Positions 15,742-30,852 of a DNA stretch of 64,000 nucleotides are shown in pieces. How positions within the stretch are numbered: position 1 is the stretch's first letter; the number at the start of each line of letters is the position of its first letter. The notes below the pieces were generated by a model. The model had not been told where the DNA came from and did not search any database. It saw nothing but the letters and a program-made list of their open reading frames with translations. Made by a program: the position numbers and the translations under genes. This DNA comes from Octopus vulgaris (taxonomy: Eukaryota): the NCBI GenBank assembly GCA_951406725.2, contig OX597833.1:70060001-70124000 (forward strand). The letters run 5' to 3'.

Positions 15742-15915
15742 AGGCGCAGGAGTGGCTGTGTGGTAAGTAGCTTGCTAACCAACCACAGGGTTCCGAGTTC
15801 AGTCCCACTGCGTGGCATCTTGGGCAAGTGTCTTCTGCTATAGCCCCGGGCCGACCAATGCCTTGTGAGTGGATTTGGCAGACAGAAACTGAAAGAAGCC
15901 TGTCGTATATATGTG

Positions 15916-15946
<31 letters not shown>

Positions 15947-16170
15947 ATGTGTGTGTGGGTTTGTGTGTCTGTGTTTGTCCCCCTAGCATTGCTTGACAAC
16001 CGATGCTGCTGTGTTTACGTCCCCGTCACTTAGCGGTTTGGCAAAAGAGACCGATAGAATAAGTACTGGGCTTACAAAGAATAAGTCCCGGGGTCGATTT
16101 GCTCGACTAAAGGCGGTGCTCCAGGATGGCCGCAGTCAAATGACTGAAACAAGTAAAAGAGTAAAAGAGT
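15742..16170 (+). mobile_element. SINE family B
   Basis: ggcgcaggagtggctgtgtggtaagtagc...gagttcagtcccactgcgtggc...tgactgaaacaagtaaaagagtaaaagagt. Confidence 0.9.
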
Positions 16171-16724
16171 AATTATTATATAACATTATCTGCTCTACAT
16201 GGATTCTACGTTTATATCAACTAATTAACCAAACAACCATGTAGAAACGTGAAGATGACTCTGGTGATGAGAGGGACATAATTGTACCAGAAAGTTCGAG
16301 AATACAACATAATGGCTACTATTTCATTCATCACCACTAATTCCATAAACAACTCAGAAATAATATATCCATTAGGCTAGGACATTGTTAACCTAAGAAT
16401 TCTATTTTTCCTTATACATCAGAATATTAAGGAACCAACCACCGATATACACGCAAGAATAACAATAGAAACAACCGTTAAAGTGGCTGATATTAGTACC
16501 TAAAACGATGCACAGAGAAAGAATACCAGAGATTTGTGTAATGGAATGAAAATCCTTGGACTTCGACTGCGTAAATCATGATCCTCCCGCTGTGGTCACC
16601 ACTTGAACCTAAAAAACTCACATGAGTCATGAAGTGACCGTATTTTTGGTTACTTGACTAATTAAAATAGCGCCCGAAATCTCCTTCAAATCACACACGT
16701 TTGATATCGTGATCTTCTATAGTC

Positions 16725-16919
16725 AGGCACGGCTGTGTGAAAAAAACGTTTTCTTCTCAACCATATGGTCCTGGGTTCAGTCCCACTGCGTAGCACCTTG
16801 GGCAAGTGTTTTCTACTATAGCCTCGGCCCAATCAAAGCCTTGTGAGTGGATTTGATAGAAGGAAAATGAAAGAAGCCCGTCGTATATATATATGTGTAT
16901 ATATATATCTATCTATCTA

Positions 16920-16966
<47 letters not shown>

Positions 16967-17195
16967 GCATTTATGCGCATGTGTGTTTGTGTGTACCTTT
17001 GTGCCTGAGTTTCTCCCCCACTACCGCTTGACAACCGGTGTTGGTATGTTTACGTCCCCGTAGCATAGCAGTTCGTCAAAAGAATAAGTACCAGGCCTAA
17101 AAATCATGTACAATGGTCGGTTCATTCGACTAAAATTTCATCAAGGTCATGCCCCAGCATGGCCGCAGTCTAATAACTGAAAACAGGTAAAAAGA
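16725..17195 (+). mobile_element. SINE family B (diverged)
   Basis: Same head, body and tail order as 15742. Confidence 0.8.
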
Positions 17196-18274
17196 TTAAA
17201 AAAATAAAATACAAACAACGTAGTAGTCACGGATGGCAGGCCTTTGCTTGTATGTTTGCTCTGTCAGTAACAAAACATGTCTAAGAAAACAACGCAACAA
17301 ATAAATCAAACGCAGACGTATTATCGTAATTTTGGTTAATCCGCACTGACCCGGGACTAAACACTTCAACAGCAACATCAACAACAAGCCTACAGAGAGG
17401 ACTTAATAGAAGAGAAGAGAATTCTTCATAGTCAGACAACCATATTACATGGCGTATATTAAACGATGCTTAGTTGCGAAACGCCAAATGGATTTCAGCT
17501 CATCAAGAGAATTCTTATAATAGATGGAACACTGGATGTGTGAAACAGCTAAACGATCGGCTATTGATCTGTTCGATCAGGACTATCCCGATCAGTACTA
17601 AAAGAAACTAATCTGTTTGGAAAGATATTCCACGCCAACGAATTTGATGATTTTCGAAAGAGAGTTGCAATCATCAAAGCCCGGTTATGGTCGATGCAGT
17701 TTCTTTCATTTCGACTTTTAATTCCCAGCATTCATTCGCAGTAACTCTAAATATGCTTGAATTTACCGAACTTATTAATTTACACGCTTGTGTGGTTTCT
17801 TTGGTGAAGCTTTCATGTACGCCCAACATTGTATGTCTAATGGAATTTAATATTCAGTATAGAGCAGTGATAACTAAAGACTGTATAAAAATACTGCGGC
17901 ATATCGCATGATTATATTACATTCAAAATCATGGTCTTTCATAAATAAATTTTCTGCTTACCTTTTCTCTATTCTCTTTTCGCTTCTCACTTGGGTTCCT
18001 CGACCAGAATTTCTTTTCCAATGCGTTAAAATTAAACAACTTTAGCAGGATTCGAAAATGTTGATTTCTTGCTTTGTATAGTGGTTTTTTGTTTTTTTTG
18101 TTTGTTTGTTGTTTTTTTGTTTATTAAATAATTTTTCTTGTCAGATGCAAATCATAACTTATTATATACTGCTTGTCTGTTTTTGTTTTCTAATTTACAA
18201 GTAATTATATTATCGTTGAATGCTAATTGTTTCAAAACTAATACACACTTCCATCCATATTATATATCATCCGT

Positions 18275-18314
<40 letters not shown>

Positions 18315-18354
18315 CTGCGTGTTTATGTGTTCGTATGTTTGTGTGTCCGCGTGA

Positions 18355-18385
<31 letters not shown>

Positions 18386-18408
18386 CACAAACACACAAAA
18401 CACACACT

Positions 18409-18447
<39 letters not shown>

Positions 18448-18534
18448 GTATATACATAGATACATACACACATATAACAATACGCACATATACATAACTA
18501 TATGCATATATCTATATATATGTATGTGTGTGTG

Positions 18535-18588
<54 letters not shown>

Positions 18589-18701
18589 CAGCTATACGCA
18601 CATATCCATAATTATATATGTATATAGTTATGTGTATGCATATATCTATCTGTAAATATATGTGTATGTTTATATATACATGTGTATATATGTATATACA
18701 C

Positions 18702-18753
<52 letters not shown>

Positions 18754-18811
18754 TATGCATACACACATATATATGTGTGCATGTGTTGTGTGTGTATGTT
18801 GGTGTGTGTTT

Positions 18812-18873
<62 letters not shown>

Positions 18874-19274
18874 CTGTGTATCTGTGTGTGCGTGCATGTG
18901 TAGCGGTATGATGTATTTCAGCTCTGGAGGCAGAAACGCATTCTGTGAAAGTAAGTAATCTCTGATTAGTTAAGAAGAAGAGGGGGAAAAATTGAACAAA
19001 AGCAGAAATATTAGTAATCAGAAAATGCCTGTGTTTAAAGAAAAAATCTGACTAGTCTCATACTTTGTATGTTTTATTAAATTTCTGAATAAAATGTTGG
19101 TTAATTTAGAATTATTGTTGTATAAGTAATAATTAAATAAGAAAAACCAAAGCAACAAAGAAAGAAATTAATACACTAATTAGTTTATTTTCCATATGAA
19201 TATTTTCTGGAGAAACACTCGAAATATAGAGTAAAACGCATCGTCTTTAATTAGCAGTGAGATTATTTTACTGG

Positions 19275-19356
<82 letters not shown>

Positions 19357-19357
19357 C

Positions 19358-19405
<48 letters not shown>

Positions 19406-19437
19406 TTTATTTAAAGCAGCAGAAAATTCAACAAAAC

Positions 19438-19529
19438 CTGTTACTCTGAGTTTCCCGTTGCCGTTCATCGGACAGTTTTTTCTAGCAAAAACTGTCCGAT
19501 GAACGGCAACGGGAAACTCAGAGTAACAG
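19438..19529. ncRNA. Two minimal hammerhead motifs in inverted orientation (19492-19529 +, 19438-19475 -)
   Basis: CTGT CCGATGA A CG-gcaa-CG G GAAAC TC-a-GA GTA ACAG; exact reverse complement on the other arm of a 50 bp perfect inverted repeat (19431-19480 / 19487-19536). Confidence 0.65.
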
Positions 19530-19582
19530 GTTTTGTACTCTTTCGCTCCAACTTTCTCTCACTCTTTCTTCCTGTTTCTTGT

Positions 19583-19722
19583 CCCCGACTTCCTATGCAA
19601 CCGCTGAGCCTGGATGCGCATTCATCCATCCATCGATGCTCTTGGTGTCGGGGGTTGACCTGCTTTCTCTTCTGCGGGTCTTACGAATAGCAAAGGACCA
19701 CGTTTCGGACTTCTCCCATCTT
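19583..19722. repeat. Dispersed GC-rich repeat, second copy at 37353-37487
   Basis: ccccgacttcctat/cgcaaccgctgagcct...gtcgggggttgacctgctttctcttctgc...gtttcggacttctcccat in both places; ccccgac/gtcgggg can pair. Confidence 0.85.
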
Positions 19723-20358
19723 GCGAGCTCTGGGACGAAGACCGATCGCTCAACAGCAACAGCGACAACAACTCTGTCACTGCGAATAATTTCGACTTAT
19801 GGAAAAGAAAATGTATCACGATTTACTACAATGTGTATGTGTGTATGTATGTATGTATGTATGTATGTATGTATGTATGTATGTATGTATGCACAATAAC
19901 TATTTGCTTACTGAGTTCGCTTGAAGTCATATGTGTTAAGTCTACTGTTGATGGTTGAACTAATAGAAATAATAATTCTATGCTTGTTTCCTGGATTTTC
20001 TGTCATAAGTGAACGAAGGTTTATTTTAAAAAATTTCACAGATTTGTTTGAATATAGGATTCTATTGACAAAATGATACAGAATCAAACTGAAACGGTCT
20101 AATCCATGGACATTAATGATGTTCCATATCGGAAAATAGCGGACGCAAACACTAAGGGAGATGCTTTTAACAATGGATAAATAGATTCAGTGTAACGAGA
20201 GTAAGAAAAAACAAAGATAAATAATCGCGGGAGACGATGACAGGGAACAAAGCGAAACAGATTTTAATCCGATAGCAACGGTCAGATCGATGATCGCTAA
20301 CAATTCTGAAACTGGTGACAGACTTGGCGAAATAAATAGGGAAAAGCAGCAAACATTT

Positions 20359-20417
<59 letters not shown>

Positions 20418-20532
20418 TTCTCTCCACCTATATATCTCCTTCCAGAGCTTTTTCTACAAAGTCTTACACTTCTACAGCTCGTAAAACAAAATTCTTTTAC
20501 TCAACTTACAACACATGATGACAACTATATCC

Positions 20533-20948
20533 TATTTCTTTATTATCCACAAGGGGCTAAACACAAAGGGGACAAGCAAGGACAGACAGGGGTATTAAGT
20601 CGATTACATCGACCCCAGTGCGTAAATGGTACTTTATTTATCGGCCCCGAAAGGATAAAAGGCAAAGTCGACCTCGGCGGAATTTGAACTCAGAACGTAG
20701 CGGCAGATTAAATACCTATTTCTTTACTACCCACAAGGGACTAAACACAGAGGGAACAAACAAGGACAGACAAGCGGATTAAGTCGATTACATCGACCCC
20801 AGTGCGTAACTGGTACTTGATTTATCAACCCCGAAAGGATGAAAGGCAAAGTCGACCTCGGCGGAATTTGAACTCAGAACGTAACGGCAGACGAAAAACC
20901 GCTTAGCATTTCGCCCGGTGTGCTAACGTTTCTGCCAGCTCGCCGCCT
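20533..20948 (-). mobile_element. SINE family A dimer
   Basis: Two units joined at aatacctatttctttactac (~20712-20730). Confidence 0.88.
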
Positions 20949-21953
20949 TGATGGCAACTATTTCCATTGAAGTTACTTTTACATCGGGCGGAAGGGGTTT
21001 TCATGAATATTTTCTGTTTTGTCTTTCCTTTTTTTTTTTCAAATAAGTTACTGAAATCTCCTATAAAAATGATTATATCACTTCTTTAAATTTTTCCAAT
21101 ATAAATTCTTAAGTTTTTGGGGCCGCAATCTATCCAGTATATATTTCACTGTTTATACAAAGCGAGGAGATAAACGACGCCAAAATTCAATTTGCGCTAC
21201 TTATCAATTCCAGTCATATAGGCACTGATAACTTACTTCAATCGAGCAACTTCTTGTTACAGATTTATTACAGTCGATTATTTTCGTTGAAGTGAAAGTG
21301 AAAGTAAAAGTGAAAATAAACAAAACTACAAACAAAAACAAAAAACATCAAGAAATTGAAGTGTTGTTTCTGTTTTGTTTATTTAATATATTTTATTTTA
21401 TTTTATTTATATATTTAGTTATTTATTTTTTTTGGCAGCTGTGTTTATCGTTGAAAATATATTTTCTTAGCTGAAATATCACAAATAATATTAGTTTCCT
21501 TTGACTATGAACGAGACCAATCAGAAATTTCTTTCTAACACAGACACCCACATTATACAGCTGATTGAATCCGTTCTATTATATAAAGGGAGCTAAATGA
21601 GGAAATATGAAGTTTAATGCGAAGTATTTGAACCCAAAACCGAGACATTGAAATAATGTCGTTTTCACAGAGCCCAAGTTATATATGCGCAATTATACAT
21701 GTTTTTATATTGTCTGCCATCGTGCCTTTGCTGCTAAATTTTCTGTTTCAGTCGCATATTTTATCATTCTTTCGGTTGAAACCGCAGAAAGGACAGAATG
21801 ATCCGCTGGTTTTGTTCGTTTAAATTTTATATATTAACTTTAGTTTTAAAATGAAAGAGAGAAGAAAGTGAAATATATATGTAAGTGTATATGAAATGGA
21901 CGTGTGTGTCTGCGTGTATGTGTGTGAGAGAGAGAGAGAGAGTGCCGCTTAGA

Positions 21954-22027
<74 letters not shown>

Positions 22028-22087
22028 GCACACATACAATCAAAAAAGGTATATGCGTATGCATTTATGTATGTATGTATATATGTC

Positions 22088-22312
22088 TTTACTGACCACA
22101 AGGGGCTAAACATAGAGGGGACAAACAAGGACAGGCAAAGGAATTAGGTCGATTACATCGACCCCAGTGCGAAACTAGTACTTTATTTATCGACCCCGAA
22201 AGGATGAAAGGCAAAGTCGGGCTCGACGGAATTTGAACTCAGAACGTAATGACAGACGAAATACCGCTAAGCACTTCACCCGGCGTGCTAACCTTTCTGC
22301 CAGCTCGCCGCC
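22088..22312 (-). mobile_element. SINE family A monomer
   Basis: Full head-to-tail match to the family consensus seen in the array. Confidence 0.85.
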
Positions 22313-22627
22313 TTTTTTATGTATGTACGTATACATGACAGCACATCCTATCATTCACACACACACATACATAACTGTATACACACTTACATACAGAAAG
22401 ACACGGGTGCGTGTGTGAACGGCTACAAAACCATAGAGCTGAACTCGGCGCGCAGAAAGTAATAAATAAAAATGGTTACGGAAATTAACGAAGTGTGCGG
22501 GTTCAAGCGGAAGAATGCCCATAGTTGTTTGGACGGCCCACGTTCAATTGCAAAATTCTAACGTAATATTTGTTTAATAACGAAATCAAACCTGGAGTGT
22601 GTGTATGTGTATGTGTATGTGTGTGTG

Positions 22628-22658
<31 letters not shown>

Positions 22659-23191
22659 GAATATTGCTAGCAATAAATAGAAGAAACATGAAAGGAAAAA
22701 TAAAAGCTCGTAAAAAACTATCTTGTACCAAAAATTTAAATTTGTGAACTTGAAATCTTCAATAATAAAAGGAAGTTAGTTCAGAAAGTAAATTTTCTTG
22801 AAAACTTCAATTTATAAAAAATAAAAAATGCACTTGCTTAGTAAATATTTCTTTCAGTAATTTATCGAAGTTGTTTGCAAATAGCGAATGAAAACTCGAA
22901 ATAAAAACATTAAAATAGAGAGGGAGAGATTTTGCAAATGAAAACTGAAAATTTCGCCTGCAGCAAATTGTTATTGTTTAGGTAATTGCTTCGTCAATGC
23001 CGGGAGTTGACATTGAAAAACCATTCTAAAGGCGTGAATCGTATATAGAAAGCAATATTATTTATTTTAAAGAAAAAATGAAACGAAGACCCTATTATGC
23101 ATTCGAGGTCAAATTATTCATGCACCCCAAATATGGAACCACTTCGCACAGCCCTTTGCGTGTGAAACGCGAATATAGACACACAAAGCTC

Positions 23192-23320
<129 letters not shown>

Positions 23321-23521
23321 GTACAGAAAAATGTACAGAAAGGATATATAAAATATTGTGGACAACTCTATATCTTACGATTTCGTGGTTTACGATATTG
23401 AGATCGTTTACCACTCTTCAGTAGTGTAAGCCTATCGTAAATAAATGAGAAATACATGTAGATACTGCAGATTTATAGTCGTACAAATACGAGCATTTAC
23501 ATACATTTCACACACTCACAC

Positions 23522-23573
<52 letters not shown>

Positions 23574-23699
23574 GAAGCATAAACCCGAACGTCCATTTCA
23601 ACATGGCTGTTATTTACTCACAATAATTCTGCAGCAAATATGTTTGTGCAGAGAATTAATATATATTTATATCTAAATAGGATAGAGCCATTATACGTA

Positions 23700-24225
23700 C
23701 ACATAGCTGAGAAGAAGATTAAAGCCAGGGTGGCATGCCACAGTTTGAGGTTTGTATGGAAGTCAGACCTTCGTAAAGACCTGAAGATCCGTCTCTTCGT
23801 TGCCACAGTGGAGTCTATGCTGTTGCACGGGTCTGAGGCTTGGGCACTGAGCAAGAAACTCACTCAGATGGAGGGTGGTTGCTACACGAGACAGCTGAGA
23901 ATGGCTCTGAACATTAATCACTGTATACTGAGGATGAAGAACTCAGAGCTGTATGAGAGCCTCCAAAAAGTTAGCGCAAAAATAACATAGAGGAGATTGA
24001 GGTTAACTGGATATACTCACCGTCATTCAGTGTTGATACTACACTCAATGCTCCTGTGGGAGCCCCTACACGGACACACTAGAAGAGGGAGACCGAGGAT
24101 GACTTATGTTGATGCTTTTAGAATAGACACTGGTTCTGGGTGACATAGGACATGGCAGCAATGATGAGGGACAAAGACCGCTGGAGAGATCTCGTCCATG
24201 GGTCTCGGGATTTTTACCCGCCCTA
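23700..24225 (+). mobile_element. RTE-type LINE, 3' fragment
   Basis: VWKSDLRKDLKIRLFVATVESMLLHGSEAW...CYTRQLRMALNI...RRLRLTG..HRH...LWEP.HG..RRGRPRMTYVD, typical of the RTE post-RT C-terminus; degraded. Confidence 0.8.
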
Positions 24226-24362
24226 GATAGATATATACAAACCCGAGTAAGTAGATAAATGTGAAACAAGGGGGGGGAGACAATAGTACTCGAATACCGG
24301 AGGTAGAGTAATATGCTTTATTATTAAAGCTGCAAAAACATCACAGAAATAACACAAAAATG

Positions 24363-24398
24363 TGCAACTCAGAGTTTCAGGGTCCCGTTCTTCAGGCA
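24363..24398 (-). ncRNA. Degenerate minimal hammerhead motif, same family as 19492
   Basis: - strand TGC CTGAAGA acgggaccct GAAAC TC-t-GA GTT GCA; adjacent 'ctttattattaaagctgcaaaaa' resembles the 19404 flank 'ctttatttaaagcagcagaaaa'. Confidence 0.45.
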
Positions 24399-24522
24399 GT
24401 TGATATCATGAATGGAATAGAAATTGTGATCAAAAATTTTGATTCGCGCGAACCATAGTATTTTGTCGTTCACTTGTTTAAATAGTAATTGTATATATGT
24501 GCGCGTATTTGTATGCGTGCGT

Positions 24523-24607
<85 letters not shown>

Positions 24608-25035
24608 TACGTATGAGTGTATGCAGCAATGTATGTCTATGTATGTATGTTTATATGGTGTTTTTGTTCACCTTGAAAATGATAAATACGTGGCATCACT
24701 TTCCCAATAAACGTTCGTACACGTCATCAGCCAATGATAATTCCTCTGCATTTCGGAATGCCCCATGGAGAGTACATGTGTTTCTGTGTGTGCGTATGTA
24801 TTTGCCTATGTGTGTATTTGTGTGCGAGGGAATGAATTTCTGCGTATCTTTCCAATAAACAAACTGAATATTATTGATGAGAAGTGTATATACACACGAA
24901 CATATTTATAAATACACGTATAAACAAAAATGTACAAACATACACACATACACACACGAAAATTCTTCCCTATAGACATATGCACATATATGTTTGTCTG
25001 TGTGTATACGTATATATGTGTATGTATATATATAT

Positions 25036-25066
<31 letters not shown>

Positions 25067-25089
25067 CATACATATACATATACATATAC

Positions 25090-25120
<31 letters not shown>

Positions 25121-25223
25121 CATATAAATGTTTGTTTATAGTCATATATATATGTATATATACACACACACACATATATATATATATATACACAATATAT
25201 ATTTATATATGCAAGTATGTATG

Positions 25224-25301
<78 letters not shown>

Positions 25302-25302
25302 C

Positions 25303-25387
<85 letters not shown>

Positions 25388-25710
25388 ATACATATAACTA
25401 TTCCTGATCTGGTCTCCTTTATCCATCTTTACCCGATGTTCAAACCTCAATAACTTCAACAACATCAGTTTTAACATCTGAAAAGAAAAAAGAAGACTAA
25501 ATGGCTACACATTTATTCGTCTTTTATGACCAGTTCCATCGCACTTTCCCATAAAACATTACTTGTAATTGCTTGCCTCCAACGCTAAATTGCGTGTGAC
25601 CATATTTCACGTGGCGAAAAACCTCTTGATTAATGGCTCGAGAAATAAAAACACCTAACGCCTCTTACGACTACTACTACTACGATGACTACTACTACTA
25701 CTACTACTAC

Positions 25711-25750
<40 letters not shown>

Positions 25751-26003
25751 GCTACTACTACTACTACTACTACTATTCCGTGTCAACAGTTATTAATTAT
25801 ACTCGATTAGTCACTTTAAGAAGTGGTTAGATAATAAATTATAATTACTATAACCATTTTTTTCTTTTTTTTTTTTTTGCGAATTTTCGGGTGGGTTTTT
25901 TTCCATTTTTTTCTGTTTTGTTTCTTTTTTTTTGTTTAGGTGTGTTGGTTTTGTGATGTTTCTTCCTTTAAATCACTTTTCCTTGACTGTTTAACAGCTT
26001 TGC

Positions 26004-26039
<36 letters not shown>

Positions 26040-26079
26040 CACACAAATTCACATAAAATCACAAACATATATATACATA

Positions 26080-26115
<36 letters not shown>

Positions 26116-26127
26116 TGTATGTATGTA

Positions 26128-26161
<34 letters not shown>

Positions 26162-26169
26162 CATGCATT

Positions 26170-26234
<65 letters not shown>

Positions 26235-26399
26235 ATGTATATAGACATATTCTAAGGGTTGACAAGTTCAAAAAGGAGTTATGGCCGGTCACTTCGAATA
26301 TTCAAAGATAAATCTGAGAGCGAATAAAATACTGAAGTCGCGATGAGCCAAAGATAAAACGTAATAAATTTTATTGGGCTAATAATAATGGATTAAATA

Positions 26400-26572
26400 C
26401 TGGATGTGGCTGTGTGGTAAGATGTTTGGTTCCCAACCACAATGTTCCAGGTTCAGTTTCACTATAGAGTACCTTGGGCAAGTGTCTTCTACTGTGTATT
26501 TGGGCAGAAAAAAAAAAGGCTTGTGAGAGGATTTGCTACACGGAAACTGAATGAAGACCGTTGTATATATAA

Positions 26573-26615
<43 letters not shown>

Positions 26616-26840
26616 GTGTGTGTATTGTGTCAGTCTTTGTCCCCCCACTATCGTTTGACAACCAGTGTTGGTCTGTTTATGTCCCCGTAACTTAGCTGTT
26701 CGGCAAAAGATAACAATAGAATAAGTAACGAGATTAAACAAAATAAGCATTCGGGTCGATTCATTCGACCAAAACGGCTTCAAGGGTCTGCCCCAGCATG
26801 GCCGCAGTCTGATGACTGAAACAAACAAACGAAAAAAGAT
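26400..26840 (+). mobile_element. SINE family B (diverged)
   Basis: gtggctgtgtggtaag...ccttgggcaagtgtcttctact...gatgactgaaacaa. Confidence 0.8.
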
Positions 26841-27066
26841 ACATGTTTTTTGTGCATGTATATGATTGTTTTTCTTCAAATGAACTAAGATTGCACTGGA
26901 CGAAGAGTGCCTACGGTCACCTAGACCTCTCTTGTCATATATTTTAGATAATATTTTAATGTTTTCTACCGTTTATACACTCAGCAGAGCAATGTAAAGG
27001 TACTTTTGGCTACCTAAATCGGAGAGGTTTCATTTTGAAACAAACTTTATCTAGGGTTATGTAATA

Positions 27067-27443
27067 CTAGCAGTATCGCCCGGCGTTGCTCGGGTTTGTT
27101 TCGACCCTTTAGAATTGGAATTTTTGAAAAGTAAAAATTTTGCATTATGTAGCTTGTTATTCTCTTTAAGTGAACATTTTTTCTGGTTGAAATACACCGA
27201 AAATGGCGACACAGCAGTCAAAAAATCGTAAAAATAGGGATTTTCATAGAATAAAAGCACCTTTTTGATGTAAATAATTTTTGGTGTTAACATGGTCCGA
27301 TTTGAATGAAGAAGCAAGGCTTCTTCTATCATACTCTCAATTTTGGTCAACTTGCGCCGTAGGGTCTCGGAGGAGATAGTGTTAGTTGAAGGCTGCCAAA
27401 CCTGCCATACACAGACAACTTCAGCTTTATATATAGAGAGAGA
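27067..27443 (-). mobile_element. Non-autonomous Helitron
   Basis: - strand A|TC...CCCGAGCAACGCCGGG hairpin...CTAG|T; no TSD. Confidence 0.8.
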
Positions 27444-27930
27444 TTATGTGTCTAATTTTCTAATGTGGCAAGTGAGATTTACCATAGCTTCAGTTACTAT
27501 TTGTAGCATGCTAAGCGGTCAGGTAGACTCTGCCGTGTTGGCTCGAAAGAAAATATATCCGTAAGCCAAGGAAGCAATTCGTACAGGCTGCAAAATGTTA
27601 TGGAATTGTTAAAGTTTGATGAAACAGTTGTTATAAAAAAGCGAGAAGACTAGCTTCCTTTTCTTCTGTTGAATCCATCACATAATTTCTAATGCAGTTT
27701 CCATGTATATTGGTAAGTGTGCGACGCCTGTGAATAAACCGAGTTATATAAATTGTTGAATATCTCACCGAAAGAGAAAGGAAAGAGAGAGAGACAGGGA
27801 GAGTAGTAGAGAGAGAGAAAGAAAGAAAGAAAGAAAGAGAAAATAGTGAGGAACAATGCACACGTATATATATATATATATAAACACATATATAAATATA
27901 TATATACATACAAAAGTATATATATTAATA

Positions 27931-28007
<77 letters not shown>

Positions 28008-28192
28008 ATATATATATAAATGTATATATATATGCATACTTACATATTTGCATGCATATATATATATATATATATATACGTGTATATATATATATGTATA
28101 AATATATATATACAAACACATCTATATATATATTTATATATATGTAAATACATGCATGCATTCACATCTATGTATATGTATACATGTATATG

Positions 28193-28259
<67 letters not shown>

Positions 28260-30492
28260 ATACATATATATGTATATACATACATTTATATATTAATATA
28301 TATATATATGCATGTATGTATGTATGAATGTATGTATGTATGCAAACATTGATACTTAAAATGTGCACCAAAGCACACTGGTGTTACACAACATGAACTA
28401 GCTGCACTACTAATCAAATATGCAATTTTTTTTTTTACCTGTGAAAGATACAAACTGAAATTCGATATTTCATTTATAAAAGAATTAAATAAAATTATAA
28501 TCTCTGTAGTGCAAATTATTCCAATTCTACAATATATATCTCACTTTTTCTCTTTTTTACTTAACTCTTTTAAAATTAATGCAAAAGATACGACACAAAA
28601 TATGTTTAAAATATTGTTGAAGGACCAGTTTATGACATTATTTAATTTACTGTATCATGTGTTATGTAATTATCACCACTTGGTTACTGTTAAACTCTGC
28701 ATTTCAAGTATTATGTAGTGTAAAAGATAATGTAGTTATTCCCACATTGTGCGCCCTATCAAGAGGTTTGTTTCTTTTTCTGTTTTTAATTTAAAAGTAT
28801 CTGAATTAATAAAATAATCGATAGATTGACTTACATAAATGACTCACTCAAAATTTGCCTACACTTCTTGACGTTCTGTTTTCGAATCCTGCTGAGGTAA
28901 TCGTTGCTTCCATTGATCCGTGATCGATGAAATTACCACAGGTAATGAATGGACGCAAGGCCATCTTAAGCGATTAAACTCTTCCCATACAAAAACTGAG
29001 GCGTTGTAGCTGTGTTAGAGGTTGATATATAGTAATTTCCCTGTTACTTTAAGATTTATATTTCTACTGATATCGATTTTTAGACACGATGAAATAAATA
29101 TTTCTCCAATGATGCAAATGTGATCATCTTAGTCGACTAATCTGCTTCCTGGATTATTGGGGTCTTCTCGCAGCGTTATCAGTTATTATTTTAGAATTAG
29201 GCGATCGTTTACAGCTGTTAGAAATAAATACACGATATTGTCTTTATCCAATCAGATGATGAGTTCCAGCGGAATCAAAATCCTTGTCATTGAGTTCTAA
29301 ACACATCTATTCATTGTGATTTAGAGTTTAATGCTCATAATGCGTTTACAATGAAAACTGATGCGATTTTCATATCTTAATGTTATAAAGTTCCTTAGGA
29401 ATTACGGATGTGCAAATTGTTTTATATTTTGCTGCCAGTCAATGAAAGTACAAGTCATGCCCAGCCGCCTCGTTAAGGTTCTTTTTATAGTTTAATCAGA
29501 GAATAAAAACAGCACTCCTGGTCCTTGCAGTATATGCAAGACAAGGGAAGGCAAAGGCATGTGGGGAAGTAACCATGAGTTATGAAGATATTAATATATT
29601 TGGAAGAGTAATTCTGCTGAATGTAGCGAAGAACTGCACGCTGACGTTCAGCGGTATTAAACGGCACTAAACGGCTCAGGTCTGCACCAGAAAGAGAGGT
29701 GCGGTCTAACGGACTTCCACACAGCTTCTTTCTATCCAGTTTTGTCCACAAAGCTTATGTATATGTGTGCGCGCATTTATGTACGCCCTGTATATGCATT
29801 TTAAATGTCCACCGTTATTCCGTCGTATTTTGCAGACTGATTCCGTCTGAGAATGAATTTAAGACGGGGGGGGGCAGGTGTATGCCACGGAATACTCAGC
29901 CTACACTCTAATTTGATGCGAATGAATTCAGCTGATCGAATAACCGAATTCTAATCTTCGACAACAACGGAGGATCCATAATGCCAGAACGAGAATGGAC
30001 ATTACGATGAAAACATCATTCTCCAAATATTGTTCTGGAAATATGCAAAGACTTCATATTAAGGATGTTTAAACTGAGACACTACTGTTCATCAACTATA
30101 TGTTGTTAACCATTGTTCACCGACTTTAGAAGGCTTCTTGCCTATTGAACTGTAAACGTATATCATTGCGACACATCACTTTCATTAAATATTGGCAACA
30201 ATGCAAAAATAATCCTGAATATGAAAGCTTGTCCGCCCATTGTTGAGTCCTTGTTATGAAGGACAGCAGTGGTTCAGACTAAGGATCTGAAGCCATTGAA
30301 GTGCATTACTTGAGGAAGCGTGCTTCCATTGGCCTATTCATGTTTTCCTGGTAATATTTAGATTGAAGTTTCATTGTGGCAGAGTTTAGTAGATAATAGT
30401 TAACGTCGTACAACGGGAAACAACGTGAATACAAGTGATTGTATAACTTTCGCTTTAGAAAAACCAATTGAGAGGTTTAGAGAAACAAACCC

Positions 30493-30536
<44 letters not shown>

Positions 30537-30685
30537 GCGCGCACAGTCACACATACGCACACACACACGCACACACACATAATATTTATATATATATGCA
30601 CATATAGATACGCATATACAGATATATATACATACATACATATGTATCTATATATATATATATATATATATACACTCAGACAGAC

Positions 30686-30729
<44 letters not shown>

Positions 30730-30730
30730 G

Positions 30731-30777
<47 letters not shown>

Positions 30778-30778
30778 G

Positions 30779-30852
<74 letters not shown>

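Noticed and set aside
18922-18950. 29 nt micro-exon candidate (tatttcag...aaa|gtaagt)
   Set aside because: Splice signals only; no homology or phase link to any gene.
21510-21592. CCAAT plus TATA-like (tatataaaggg) promoter candidate
   Set aside because: No linked exon identified; such motifs are frequent in AT-rich DNA.
29250-29292. Degenerate hammerhead-like gatgatgagttcc-agc-ggaatcaaaa
   Set aside because: Both core boxes are mutated; too weak to support.
29950-30300. Possible decayed RTE reverse-transcriptase remnant on the - strand (ADKLSYSG)
   Set aside because: Too degraded to assign by eye.
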